In this document: positions 50,591 to 64,000 of the stretch, piece by piece
Layout of the letters: each line of letters begins with the position of its first letter
Numbering within the stretch: position 1 is the stretch's first letter
Assembly: GCA_963575745.1 (NCBI GenBank)
Contig: CAUYUJ010000170.1
Coordinates: 434,001-498,000, forward strand
Direction of reading: 5' to 3'
DNA length: 64,000 nucleotides
Source: Prorocentrum cordatum
Lineage: Eukaryota
The notes under the pieces: generated by a model
The model's input: only the letters and a program-made list of their open reading frames with translations
Databases searched by the model: none
Told to the model about the DNA's origin: nothing
Translations under genes and position numbers: made by a program

Positions 50591-51223
50591 GAATGAGTAG
50601 AATGAGAAGGGCGTGAAGGATGAGGGGGATCAGGACTGGGACTGGAATGAGTATGAGTCGGAGTTAATTCAGTGGTGATCCCCTTGATGGTTTCACATCG
50701 CCAGAGCAGAACAGCGCAGGAGGAGGATTCGCCGCAGCAGTATTCTTCAACAGCGGACTCTGGGACCCGCGCGCACTTTATATGGCACCGGTGCCCACCG
50801 TCGCACTCGAGGGTGGGCGGGGAATGTATTGCGTTGCAGCCGCCAGTCCGGTTCTCTCTCCCCTCCCAGGTGGCTGAAGACGGGGAGGAATGAGGATGAT
50901 GAGGAGGAGGATGGTGGAGGAGGGTGGGGGAGGAGGGAGGATGGAGGAGGGCACGTGGACGAATGCGTGGGACCATGGGAGGCCACAGGAGTACAGCCGC
51001 CCGCGCGGGCCGATCCCTGGAAAGAGGGTCACTGGGGCGGTTGAGGGAGGAGGGAGCGAGGCAGGAGCGGCGAGGGTCGGACGAGGGGAGGAGCGAATGA
51101 GAACAGAGGGAGGCTGCGTCTTGCCTCCCGTCCTCCCTGCGGCCTGCTGTGCGCTCCGTGGTACATCGCCGCCCCTCATCCCCATGGGGGTCACAGTCGC
51201 CCTGTCCGTGTGCCGGCACTCTT

Positions 51224-52208
51224 GAACATTATTTATTCTAAAGAATAATTATTGTTGGGCCCCCTGGTGCGCGCCCCCCCTGCGCCGCCTAGGCCGCAGC
51301 TACATTTTCATCATTTTCGTGAGGAAGCCTCAGAAAAGAGGGTGTGTACAGGATCCGGTTGTTTTGTTGTAATCCGCTTTCCCTTGCAAAAAACAATAGA
51401 AAATGACATTTCTTGTTCTAATATAATCAAATTTCAAGAATCCCTTGCAAAAAATAAGGTAAAGTGGACATTCGCGCGCGCAAGACGAAATCCTTCCAAA
51501 AGCTTAGTGTTCGGAGCGATTTTAACATAAAAACATCAAAAAACCAATGGTTTTTCAACAAAAAATTGTCAAAATCTCATCCCGCGCGCTCTTGCGGATT
51601 CGTAGGAAACCCAACACTTTTTAAACATTTCTGTCAAACGGGCTTTTGCGAGCAACTTTTTCGAACTTCTGCGACAACGGTTGCGCACCTGCCAGGGCCA
51701 TCATCCCTGTCAAATAATACCATGCGGGACACATTCGTTTTTTCTTCGCGCGCGCACGCCGAAATCTCCAAAAACCATTGGGCTTCTTAAGAATTTTAGC
51801 ACCGCGCAGGAATTTGCCCTAAAGATGTGATCAACTATCTTGTGAATACGTATCATGTGTATCATGTGTATCATGTACCATATGCATCATATGCAACAGA
51901 TGTTCTGTGGAAGGCTTAACAACTTCTGTGGGTTAACAAGGCTTAACAACTTCTGTGGGTGTACGAACGTAGGCTTAACAACTTCTGTGGGTGTGTACTC
52001 CACGCCAGTGTAGTAGCCACGGTCGTCCGCAGGCCACGAAGTGAAGTGTCCGAACGTCATAGGGCGGGAAGCTGGGTGTGGGTGGTGGCGAAGAGTCGTG
52101 TGGATATTTGGTAGAGCTTGCACTGCCCCCCCACAAAGTGGGGGTATTGGCTGGCGTCGCATGAAAACCCTGGCACTGGTGAGAACACTGAGCGTTCGGG
52201 TAAAGTGA
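51224..52208. mobile_element. Non-coding repeat module, copy 1, followed by (TTG)n at 52209-52622
   Basis: ~510-bp 5' core nearly identical to the copies at 52622 and 60762; shared ~190-bp 3' part with a CCCCCAC-AAA-GTGGGGG hairpin. Confidence 0.85.
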
Positions 52209-52382
52209 TTGTTGTTGTTGTTGTCGTTGTTGTCGTCGTTTTCATCGTTGTCGTTGTCGTTGTCGTTGTCGTTCGTCGTTCGTCGTTGTCGTTGTCGTTG
52301 TCGTTGTTGTTGTCGTTGTCGTTGTCGTTGTCGTTGTGGTTATGATTGTCGTTGTCGTTGTTGTTGTTGTTGTTGTTATTGC

Positions 52383-52417
<35 letters not shown>

Positions 52418-52425
52418 GTGTCGTC

Positions 52426-52465
<40 letters not shown>

Positions 52466-52523
52466 TAGTTGTTATTGTTATTGTTCTTGTTCTTGTTATT
52501 GTTGTTGTTGTTGTCGTTGTTGC

Positions 52524-52560
<37 letters not shown>

Positions 52561-52621
52561 GCTGCTGCTGCTGTTGTTGTTGTTGTTGCTGGCTGCTGCT
52601 GCTGCTGCTGCTGTTGTTGTT

Positions 52622-53381
52622 GAACATTATTTATTCTAAAGAATAATTATTGTTGGGCCCCCTGGTGCACGCCCCCCCTGCGCCGCCTAGGCCGCAGCTA
52701 CATTTTCATCATTTTCGTGAGGAAGCCTCAGGTAAAACGATGTGATCCAGATCCGGTTGTTTTGTTGTAATCCGTTTTCCCTTGCAAAAAACACTATAAA
52801 ATGACATTTCTTGTTCTAATATAATCAAATTTCAAGAATCCCTTGCAAAAATAAGGTAAAGTGGACATTCGCGCGCGCAAGACGAAATCCTTCCAAAAGC
52901 TTAGTGTTCGGAGCGATTTTAACATAAAAACATCAAAAAACCAATGGTTTTTCAACAAAAAAATGTCAAAATCTCATCCCGCGCGCTCTTGCGGATTCGT
53001 AGGAAACCCAACACTTTTTAAACATTTCTGTCAAACGGGCTTTTGCGAGCAACTTTTTCGAACTTCTGCGACAACGGTTGCGCACCTGCCAGGGCCATCA
53101 TCCCTGTCAAATAATACCATGCGGGACACATTCGTTTTTTCTTCGCGCGCGCACGCCGTCGTCGTCGGCCGCGGGGCCCTGAATAGTAGCCACGGTCGTC
53201 CGCATGCCACGAAGTGAAGTGTCCGAACGTCATAGGGCGGGAAGCTGGGTGTGGGTGGTGGCGAAGAGTCGTTTGGAAAATTGGTAGAGCTTGAACCGGC
53301 CCCCCCACAAAGTGGGGGTATTGCCCGCCTCCTATGAAAACCCTGGCACTGGTGAGAACGGAGTGTCCCCAGTCTTAAATG

Positions 53382-53382
<1 letters not shown>
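52622..53382. mobile_element. Non-coding repeat module, copy 2 (shorter middle), flanked by (TTG)n on both sides
   Basis: Same head GAACATTATTTATTCTAAAGAATAATTATTGTTGGGCCCC and same tail. Confidence 0.85.
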
Positions 53383-53412
<30 letters not shown>

Positions 53413-53566
53413 GCTTCTGCTGTTGTTGTTGTTGTTGTTGTTGTTCTTGTTGTTGAATATTCATTCCCCATATCCTAAGGATTGGGGTTCTTGTTATTAC
53501 TCTGACGCCTCCCACTCCTCCTCCTTCCTCCCGCCTCCCGCCTCCCTCCTCCCAATGATAATCACC

Positions 53567-53820
53567 AGATAAGACAATACAAGATAAGATACTACAAGAT
53601 AAGATAATATAGCACAAGATATGATAAGGTAAGATAAGATATATGACAAGGTAGGATAATATATAAGATAAGACAGCCTATGGAGTAATAAGATAAGACA
53701 AGATATGATGCGATAAGATGAGTTGACATAAGATAAGCTAAGACAAGATAAGAGATTTCAAGATAAGATAAGATAGAGGGTAATAAAGGTAAGATAAGAT
53801 AGGACTCGATAAGATAAGAT
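53567..53820. repeat. (AGATA)n pentanucleotide repeat
   Basis: Directly visible. Confidence 0.92.
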
Positions 53821-53884
53821 GAGACTCACTCTCACTCAGACTCACTCACAGTCACATTCACTCACACTCACACTCTCTCATGAT

Positions 53885-54690
53885 CACAAAACGCTGCCAG
53901 GGGCATCATTTGGGAGCCCCAAGGGGGAGCCACCCTGGCTGATCTCACGAGCCCGTTCGCGCCGATTTTGGTGGGACGTCTCAGCTAGAATTGCCGTTTG
54001 GCGCCCCCAACATGTATCTCTTGAGAGCCTCATGGTCGCAAAACGCTGCCAGGGGCATCATTTGGGAGCCCCAAGGGGGAGCCACCCTGGCTGATCTCAC
54101 GAGCCCGTTCGCGCCGATTTTGGTGGGACGTCTCAGCTAGAATTGCCGTTTGGCGCCCCCAACATGTATCTCTTGAGAGCCTCATGGTCACAAAACGCTG
54201 CCAGGGGCATCATTTGGGAGCCCCAAGGGGGAGCCACCCTGGCTGATCTCACGAGCCCGTTCGCGCCGATTTTGGTGGGACGCCTCAGCTAGAATTGCCG
54301 TTTGGCCTCCCCAACATGTATCTCTTGAGAGCCTCATGGTCACAAAACGCTGCCAGGGGCATCATTTGGGAGCCCCAAGGGGGAGCCACCCTGGCTGATC
54401 TCACGAGCCCGTTCGCGCCGATTTTGGTGGGACGCCTCAGCTAGAATTGCCGTTTGGCCTCCCCAACATGTATCTCTTGAGAGCCTCATGGTCACAAAAC
54501 GCTGCCAGGGGCATCATTTGGGAGCCCCAAGGGGGAGCCACCCTGGCTGATCTCACGAGCCCGTTCGCGCCGATTTTGGTGGGACGCCTCAGCTAGAATT
54601 GCCGTTTGGCGTCCCCAACATGTATCTCTTGAGAGCCTCATGGTCACAAAACGCTGCCAGGGGCATCATTTGGGAGCCCCAGGGGGGGTC
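53885..54690. repeat. 152-bp tandem array, 5 near-identical units plus a partial sixth
   Basis: Unit starts at 53885, 54037, 54189, 54341, 54493 and 54645. Confidence 0.97.
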
Positions 54691-54959
54691 CACCAGGGGC
54701 TTCATAGTCACCAAACGCTGCCAGGGGCAGCATTTTGGCTTCCCAAAGAGGAGTCGACCCGGGCCTCCTAGTCGCCAGACACTGCCAGGGGCACCATTGG
54801 GATTCAGACTCGCACCCAGACTCACTCATACACAAGCTCACTCACACTCAGATTCATTTCTTCAGAGTCAGGCACACACAGACGTACCCATACTCAGACT
54901 CACCCACACTCAGGCTCACCTAACCCAGACTCCGTCAGAAGCCAGTAGCGAAGAGAGCA

Positions 54960-55775
<816 letters not shown>

Positions 55776-56009
55776 GCTCAGTCACACTTAAATCCAGATT
55801 CGTCCTCACCGAGTCCCACCACCAAGGGAACGCCAGCAAGGAGATGCACATATGGGGATCCCCACGCAGTGAATAATTCCTAGAGAACAATTATTGTTAA
55901 TCTCCGGCAGCGTTTCCGGGCGCTCTCGCCTCGACGCCGGCTATATTTTCTTTGCAAGCGAGGCTCCCGCTCGAGCGTAGGCTTGACCCTAAAAGTGCGC
56001 CCTTGGAGG

Positions 56010-56600
56010 CCCAGCTACGACAACAACGGGGCCTGCTCGATATTCCCTCGCAATTTACTTCGAGACATCCTGGCCAGAGGGGCCCCCGAACTCAGGAAAG
56101 ACGCTCTCGCTCGAGACTTCTTCGTAATTCAATCAAGTTGGCGGGGCCCAGCCACGACGACAAGGGCTCCTGCTCGGTACTTCCTCACGATTTACTCCGA
56201 GAGCCCCTGGCCAGGAAGGCCCCCCGAAATCAGGAACGGCGCTCTCGCTCAAGACTTTCTCCTGATTCAGTCAAATTGGTGGAGGCCCGAATGCGACGAC
56301 AAGGGCTCTCCTTCGACACTTCCTCAAGATGTATTCGCAGAGGCCCTTGCCAGAGAGGCCCCCGAAATCAAGAGTGGCGCTCTCGCTCGAGACGCCCTCG
56401 TCATTCAGTCAATTTGGTGTGGGCCAAGGCGCGACGACAAGGGCTCCCGTTCGTTACTTCCTCAAGCTTTACTTCGAGAGCCCGTGGCCCGAGACTGCAA
56501 TTCAGTAGCGGCGCCGAAGGCCCACCTGCGACGACAGGGGCTTCCGCTCGACACCTCCTTTAGTACTCCTACACGACCTGGCCAGAGAGGCCCCCAAACC
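56010..56600. repeat. ~138-bp diverged tandem repeat that resumes at ~58710-58860
   Basis: CGACGACAAGGGCTC-like anchors at ~56018, 56155, 56294 and 56432. Confidence 0.85.
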
Positions 56601-58710
56601 ACAAAGGCCCCGGCACGCTGCTCATTGAGGCCAGCGGACACAGCCCACAAAAGTTCCAAGCGCGCCCACAGGGGCCTTAGCCCGCTGCCCACTGATGCCT
56701 TCAGACACAGCCCACAGAGGTCGCGGCGCGCTGCCCACTGAGGCCCCAACACAACTCACTGAGGCCCAGAGAAAACACACAGGGACCGTAGCATGCTGCC
56801 CGCAGGCCCTCTGGCACAGCCCACATAGGAGCCAAGCGCGCCCACAGAGGCTCCCCCGCGCTGCCCACAGAGGCCCCAAGCGCGCCCACAGAGGGCCCAG
56901 CGCGCTGCCCCCTGACCCAGCCCGCAGAGGCCCCAGCCCTCCGAGGCCCCAAGCGCGCCCACATAGGCTCCAGACCACAGAGGCCCTAAGCGCGCCCACG
57001 GAGGCCCCCGCGCACTGCCCACTAAGGCTCTCGACGCAGCCCGCAAGGGCCCAAGCCCCCGCCCCAAGCGTGCCCAGAGAGGCCCCAGCGCGCTGCCCAC
57101 TGAGCCCCCCCGTTCCACAGAGGCCCTAGACGCGCCCACAGAGGCCCCAGCCCACAGAGGCCCCGAGCGCGCCCACAGAGGCCCCCGCGCGCTGCCCCCT
57201 GAGGCCCTCCGGCACAGCCCACAGAGGCCCCAAGCGCGCCCACAGAGGCCCCAGTCCACAGAGGCCCCAAGCGTGCCCACAGGCCCCAGTGCGCTGCCCA
57301 CTGAGGCCCCCGACACAGCCCACAGACGCCCCGAGAGCGCCCACAGAGGCCCCAGCGCGCTGCCCACAGAGGCCCCCATTTCCTACAGAGGCCCCACACG
57401 CTCCCACAGAGGCCCCAGCCCACAGAGGCGCCAAGCGCGCCGAGGCCCCCGCGCGCTGCCCACTCTGAGGCCCTCCGGCGCAGCCCGCAGAGGCCCCAAG
57501 CGCGCCCACAGAGGCCCCGGCCCACAGATGCCTCAAGCGCGCCCGCAGAGGCCCCAAGCGCGCCCGCAAAGGCTCCAGCGCGCTGCCCACTGAGGCCCCA
57601 GCCCACATAACCCCTAAGCCCTTAAGCGCGCACACAGAGGCCCCGGCGCGCTGCCCACCAAGGCCCCTCGACAACGCCCACGGAGGCCCCGCGCGCGCCC
57701 ACCGAGGCCCCAGCCCACAGAGTCGTCAAGCCAGCCCACGGAGGCCCCCGCGCGCTGCCCACCGAGTCCTCCGACACAGCCCACAGAGGCCCCAGACGCG
57801 CCCACAGAGGCCTTAGCCCGCAGAGGCCCCAAGCGCGCCCACAGAGGCCCCAGCGCGCTGCCCACTGAGGCTCCCGACGCAGCCCACAGAGGCCCCAGCC
57901 CACAGAGGCCCACAGAGGCCCCAAGCGCGCCCACATAGGTCCCAGCGCGCTGCCCATTGAGGCCCCCCAACACAGCCCACAGAGGCCCCAAGGGCGCCAA
58001 CAGAGGCCCCAGCCCGCAAAGGTCCCGAGCGCGCCCACCGAGGCCCCCGCGCGTTGCCCACAGAGGCACCCGACGCCGCCCACAGAGGCCCCAAGCGCGC
58101 CCACAGAGGCCCCAGTCCGCAGAGGCCCCAAGCGCGCCCACAGAGGCCCCCGCGCACTGCCCACAGAGGCCCCAGCGCGCTGTCCACTGAGGCCCCCGAC
58201 GCAGCCCACAGAGAGGCCCCAGCCCACAGAGGCCCCAAGCGCGCCCGCAGAGGCCCCAGCGCGCTGCCCACTGAGGCCCCCCCACACAGCCCACAAGGGC
58301 GCCAATCGCGCCCACATAGGCCCCAGCCCGCAGAGGCCCCAAGCGCGCCCACAGAGGCCCCCGCGCGCTGCTCATTGAGGCCCTCCGACACAGCCCACAG
58401 AGGCCCCAAACGCGCCCACAGAGGCCCCAGCTCGCAGCGGCCCCAAGCGCGCCCACAGCGGCCCCGACGCGCTGCCCACTGAGGCCCCCGACAACGCCCA
58501 CAGAGGCCCCAGCCCACAGAGGCCCCAGTCCACAGAGGCCCCAAGCGCGCCCACAGGTCCCAGCGCGCTGCCCACTGAGGCCCCCCAACACAGCCCACAG
58601 AGGCCCCAATCGCGCCCGCAGAGGCCCCGGCGCGCTGCCCACTGAGGCTCCCCAGCGCAGCCCACAGCCGCCCCAAGCGCGCCGACAGAGGCCCCAGCCC
58701 GCAGATGCCC
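56600..58710. repeat. GC-rich compound minisatellite built from CCCACAGAGGCCCC(A)AGCGCG-type subunits
   Basis: Directly visible; produces the GASVG/LGPLWAR ORFs. Confidence 0.95.
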
Positions 58711-59320
58711 CAGGAACGGCGCTCTCCCATGATCCTTACTCAGGAACAGCGCTTTCGCTGGAGAATTCCTGGCAACTCAGTCAAATTAGTGGGGGCGCAG
58801 CCGCGATGACAAGGGCTCCCGCTCGATGCTTCCTCGCGATTTGCTCCGAGAGGCCCTTTCTCGTGGTCCATCCTTCTCTTCCCCCATCCGTCCCCCTTCC
58901 CCCTGTTTTAGGGGCTGCGCTAAATGTGCGTGGCAGGTAAGGAGGATATCCCCCGAGGGGGTACGGTCGAAGACAAAGAGGGCGGGTTTCGAGAGTTTGG
59001 GATATACGCGTTGCGTGGCACGCGATCGACTAAGAACAAACAGTCCTACAATTATTGTTGTTATCGTTGTTGTTGTTATTGTCGTTGTTGGTTTCATTGT
59101 TGTTGTTGCTGCCGCTGGTGCTGTAGCTGTAGCTGTAGCTGTAGCTGTAGCTGTAGCTGTAGCTGTAGCTGTTGTTGTTGTTGTTGGTGTTGCTGCTGCT
59201 GCTGCTGCTGTTGTTGTTGTTGTTGTTGTTGCTGCTGTTTCTGTTGTTGCTGTTGTTGCTGTTGCTGTTGTTGCTGTTGTTGCTGGTGCTGCTGTTGTTG
59301 TTGTCGTCGTCGTTGTTGTT

Positions 59321-60600
59321 GAACTTTCATTTTTGAGAAATAACTATTGTTGATCCCCCTCACCGGTGCATACGGTTTTTCTCAATCAAAGTGTGCCCCT
59401 CGACGCTCGCACCCTGTTTTTTGGCAGGGAAAGTCTTGGTGCTCAAACTGTGCCCCTGGCCCCCCGGATTACAACAACAACGGCTCGCGCTTGAGATTTC
59501 CTCCAAATTTACTCAGTACCCCCGCTCTTGAGACTTCCTGACAATTTACTCAGGATCGGTGCTCACGCCTGTGACTTCCTCGCAATTTAGTCAGGACCCC
59601 CGCTCCCATTTGAGACTTCCTCACAATTTACTCAGGAACGGCGCTCGCGCTTGAGACTTCCTCGCAATTGAGTCAAGACCTCTTCGCAATTTAATCGAGA
59701 CCCTCGCTCCCGCCAGAGAACCCCTCACATTTTATTCAGGAATTGCGCTCTCGCTTGTGACTTCCATGCGATTTATTCAGAAATCGCGCATTCGACGCTC
59801 AGGAAACAAGCTGCGCCCAGGACGCCGTTACACTTTACTTAGTAATCGCGCTCTCGCCATACTCAGGCATCCCGCTTGAATGTCCCACCCGCCCGACCCG
59901 CCCGTCAGGGGATCGCCCGCCCGCCGCGGGCTCCCGCCCGAGACTTCCTCCAGGAACGGCGCTTTCGCCTAGGACTTCCTCGAACGCTCACGCTCTTACC
60001 TTCCTGCTCCTCCTCCCTCTCCCTCCTCCCTCCTCCCTCCTCTCCTCCCTTCTCTCTCCCTCCTCTCTTCCCTCATCCTTATGCCTCTCTGCCCTATCCC
60101 CTCTCCCTCCTCTCCCTCCTCCCTTCTCCCTCACCTCTCCTGCCTCCTCCCTCCCTTCTTTTTTTTGTTTTCTCTCTCTCTCTCTCTCTCTCCCCCCTCT
60201 CTCTCTCTCTTTCTCTCTTTCTCTACCCCTTATATATATATATTCTCTATATATGTACATCTCCCTCCCTGTCTTTAATCAACCGCCCCCTTCTTCGCTC
60301 CTTCTCTCCTGGCGTTTTCCCTCTTCCTTCGTCCCTCCCCACTTCCTCCCATTCTCCCTCGTTGTCCCCCTTCTTTTTTTTGCATGGCCCGCACTAGTTC
60401 CAATGGCGGGCACATGTACGCCCACGAAGGATTGTCCGCCCGTTCAGGTTTGACCGCCTGTGTAAGCCCGCCGCCCCCGCAAAGAGAAATAATCCCCCTA
60501 AAGGGGGTGTGATCGAAGACAACAGGGGCGGGTATCGAGGGTGTGGGGAACCCATTTTGGATGACACACGGGCAAGTAAGAGCGAACAGTTCTATAATGA
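59321..60600. mobile_element. Related module between (TTG)n tracts, with ~40-bp internal repeats
   Basis: Head GAACTTTCATTTTTGAGAAATAACTATTGTTG; GAGACTTCCTCGCAATTTACTCAGGA repeats; tail homologous to ~58940-59055. Confidence 0.6.
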
Positions 60601-60625
60601 TTGCTGCTGCTGCTGCTGCTGCTGC

Positions 60626-60761
<136 letters not shown>

Positions 60762-61573
60762 GAACATTATTTATTCTAAAGAATAATTATTGTTGGGCCC
60801 CCTGGTGCGCGCCCCCCCTGCGCCGCCTAGGCCGCAGCTACATTTTCATCATTTTCGTGAGGAAGCCTCAGGTAAAAGATGTGATCCAGATCCGGTTGTT
60901 TTGTTGTAATCCGCTTTCCCTTGCAAAAAACAATAGAAAATGACATTTCTTGTTCTAATATAATCAAATTTCAAGAATCCCTTGCAAAAAATAAGGTAAA
61001 GTGGACATTCGCGCGCGCAAGACGAAATCCTTCCAAAAGCTTAGTGTTCGGAGCGATTTTAACATAAAAACATCAAAAAACCAATGGTTTTTCAACAAAA
61101 AAATGTCAAAATCTCATCCCGCGCGCTCTTGCGGATTCGTAGGAAACCCAACACTTTTTAAACATTTCTGTCAAACGGGCTTTTGCGAGCAACTTTTTCG
61201 AACTTCTGCGACAACGGTTGCGCACCTGCCAGGGCCATCATCCCTGTCAAATAATACCATGCGGGACACATTCGTCTCTCTGTATTATGTATTGTATGGC
61301 ACAATTGCACCATGCTGGGCACATGCGCGCCCCGAATAAGTGACCAAGTTCTGTGGGTGTGTACCCCACGCCAGTGTAGTAGCCACGGTCGTCCGCACGC
61401 CACGAAGTGAAGTGTCCCAACGTCATAGGGCGGGAAGCTGGGTTTGGGTGGTCGCGAAGAGTCGTTTGGATATTTGGTAGAGCTTGTAATGCCCCCCCAC
61501 GAAGTGGGGGTATTGCCTGGTGTCGTATGAAAACCCTGGCACTGGGGAGAACACCACGCGTTCGGGTAAAATG

Positions 61574-61574
<1 letters not shown>
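60762..61574. mobile_element. Non-coding repeat module, copy 3, flanked by (TTG)n
   Basis: Near-identical core; hairpin variant CCCCCAC-GAA-GTGGGGG. Confidence 0.85.
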
Positions 61575-61605
<31 letters not shown>

Positions 61606-62829
61606 GGTCGTTGTGGTCGTTGTTGTCGTTGTTGGTGGCGGTGGTGATGCATGCGGGCGACGCAGGAAAGCAAGGTCGTCCGCGCCGCCATTCGCGCGCA
61701 CGCTGCCCGCGCAGGGTCGGGCGTGAGCGCCCTCGCTTCCAACAGGGCGTGCCACGGTGGCGGCCCGCGTCAGCCGCCGCGTAAGGTTGCTGTGCCATCT
61801 CGCGTACACCCTAGGCGATGCTTAAGAAAACCTAAGTTTTCGTCCAGAGCCTCGATTATTCTTAACGTTTCAATACAAATCTCAAGATTTCAATAGAGAT
61901 GTTGGGTTTTTATTCAAGTTCTGAGACTATGAATTTCTTAACCCATGATTTCTTCAGCATTTCGCAGGGTGTACGGCCCGTTTCTTCTCGTCGCTCGTGT
62001 GGTCTTGGCTTGCGGCGGGGTCAATTCTGGGGCTGTCGGCGCAGACGGCGCCCCCCCATTTGCGGCGACGCAACACGGAACGGCGACGGCGACGACGACG
62101 ACGGCGACGACGACGGCGACGGCGACCACGACGACAACGACGACGACGTCGACGACGACGACGGCAACGACGACGAGAAGGACGACGAGTGCCGCCTTCC
62201 TGTCTCCCATCCCGAGCGGGACCCGCGCGGTTAGCGAGCGAGTGGGCTGGGGCCTGGAGGCATGTCCGAGCCCCCGGCCAAGCGCGCGAAGGCGGAGGCT
62301 GCAGGGGCGGGCCTGCGACGGGAGGAGCGACGGAATGGCTTGCTTGGCGTCCAGCGGGAGGAGGAGGGGATGGAGGAGGGGATGGAAGAGGGTGTGGATG
62401 GGGGAGGAGGAGGGGGTGGAGGAGGTGGAAGGGGTGGCGACGAGGATGCGACGCTGGCTGGAGCGGACGCGCAGTGCACTGCACGACACAAGGGTGGCGA
62501 AGAGGAGGAGGAGGAGGAGGAAGAGGAGGAGGAGGACCAGTGTGAATTCACCAACGATATTGCAATCAACCTTCCTTCCAAAATCCCTCTTCAAAGGCTC
62601 CTCCACGGGTTCATGTTCAGTGAAAGAAATGCCTTGTTGGAAGACAACCGTTTGAAAATCCGGAACTGTGCCAGAACGCCATCGATGGGATGTTAGCGCC
62701 GCTTGGGATTTCAACACCGCGACCCAACGTGACGTTTGCGCTCTGACATTCCGACATCGTGCCAACAAAACCGTTTCTGTGATGTTAACCATGGTAATCC
62801 GAGAAACCTCCGCAAATTCTTAAAACGAT

Positions 62830-63140
62830 TGTGCGCGGCGCTACGTCCAGAGCTACATTGTGAAAATGAACCGCTCTATATATTTGTGAATGTCTGGCAA
62901 ACTTTTAAGATGCACGCGGCGCTAAAGCGAAAATCACATTTTGAAAGTGGACCGCCCTCCATCCGTGAAGCCTTTGCATTTTTTACGGCGAGTGCGCGCG
63001 GCGCTAAGTCGTCAGCCACATTTCGAAAACCGACCGTCCTCCATCTGTGAAGTTGTTGAACATTTCAAGGCGAATGTGCGCGGCGCTACGGCGAGAGCCA
63101 CCTTTTGAAAGCGGACCGCCCTCCATCCGTGAAGATGTTG
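62830..63140. repeat. ~82-bp tandem repeat, 4 diverged units
   Basis: CGCGGCGCTA anchors at ~62833, 62914, 62996 and 63078. Confidence 0.88.
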
Positions 63141-63159
63141 CAATTTTCAAGCTTCAGGA

Positions 63160-63693
63160 TCATGAGTTGTGAGGAAGTTCCACGCGAAACGCCCCGCCCG
63201 CCCTTTCGACCAGCTTCGGGGGGCGACGGGGAGGAGTTATCCATAACACGCGGCGGATCTGACGTGTGGTGCGCTCGTGGGCGCGGTCCGGGATGAAGCC
63301 ATGATCGCGTGGGACTTCGACGCGGACGCCGCGGCTGTTGTCGACGACGGCCCGAAGTTCTGGGACTCCATGCGCCCTCGTGCGCAGACATTTTTTGCAT
63401 CTCGTGGCCACAAAGTGGTAAGCAACGGCAAGGACTATCTAAAGATCTTGCCTTCCATTCCAGTCCTGGACAGCCGCGGTGAATTCCGCGAGGCGAAGAC
63501 CGCTGTGGCGAGGGGCAATATTGGCGCGCCCCTGTCCCGAGGAGCATTATCGCACGCAGCCAGCGTCAGGAGGTCGCCAGGGGATTTCGCATCGACAGGC
63601 GTAACTGCTTTGGACATCCATGTGGTGGCTCTTTCGAGAAGCGGAGGGGTGAAGGAATGGAAGAGAACCTTTCCCCGGGTCGCGGCGCTGTGA
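63160..63693 (+). pseudogene. LicD/fukutin-family nucleotidyltransferase-like fragment with a disrupted 5' end
   Basis: LTCGALVGAVRDEAMIAWDFDAD fits GTLLGAVRxxxxIPWDxDxD; downstream ALDIHV is a possible third Asp; in-frame TAA at 63244 just upstream. Confidence 0.72.
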
Positions 63694-64000
63694 ATCCCGC
63701 CTGGTCTGGGGGAGCCAGCGCGGCTACCGCCCCGACGACGACCTCTGGAGGGCTGCCATCGCCCCCCGGGCAAGGTCTCCGAACGGCCCTGGGTGCTCCG
63801 GTCGCCTACGCGTTCGTCGCGGCGCTCTGGCTCGACAGTCTCCGCTGTGCCGTTCAGCCCGAGGAGGGTCGCCAAGGCGCTGCCGGCCCGGGTGGGCGCC
63901 CTGGCCGCCGCGGAGTCGGCCGCGCGGAGCAGCGCCAGCAACGCCGCCGGCGGCGTCGACGCGACGCTTCGGGCCCTCCGTGGAGGCGATGGGGGCTCGA

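Noticed and set aside
51464..51790. ORF MDIRARKTKSF... present in three copies
   Set aside because: GTG start, no recognisable motif, and different C-termini; conservation reflects DNA-level repeat identity.
53885..54690. Regularly spaced repeats as a CRISPR array
   Set aside because: Whole 152-bp units are repeated, with no unique spacers and no cas genes.
54728..54745. Dinoflagellate spliced-leader relic (CATTTTGGCT)
   Set aside because: Only 10 nt match, and it is a variant of the local repeat's CATTTGGGA.
56622..58730. GASVG/LGPLWAR repeat proteins
   Set aside because: Open in several frames on both strands; an artefact of the GC-rich satellite.

Overview
Eukaryotic, GC-rich and repeat-saturated DNA. 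There is no intact long gene: nearly all long ORFs in the track are translations of microsatellites. The host is probably a dinoflagellate (inference from alveolin-like EKxxEV peptides, micro-exon candidates with AG|G acceptors and GA/GC donors, and the style of the retroelements). Main contents: (i) long degenerate (TAC)n, (CAT)n, (CCT)n, (GTA)n, (GAT)n, (TTG)n and (GA)n tracts; (ii) a decayed APE-RT non-LTR retrotransposon (~15-22.3 kb, minus); (iii) a decayed Ty1/copia-order pol (~33-37.3 kb, minus) interrupted by a ~180-bp MITE-like insert that recurs at 41 kb; (iv) a 52-codon fragment of a CRESS-DNA-virus-type Rep SF3 helicase (46605-46760, minus) inside a dispersed repeat; (v) a head-to-tail array of non-coding modules linked by (TTG)n (51.2-61.6 kb), with shared AT-rich terminal motifs and C5/G5 hairpins; (vi) a broken LicD/fukutin-family nucleotidyltransferase near 63.2-63.7 kb; (vii) candidate minus-strand micro-exons; (viii) a 100-N gap. 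All family assignments come from motif recognition by eye; no searches were run, and boundaries inside degenerate repeats are approximate.
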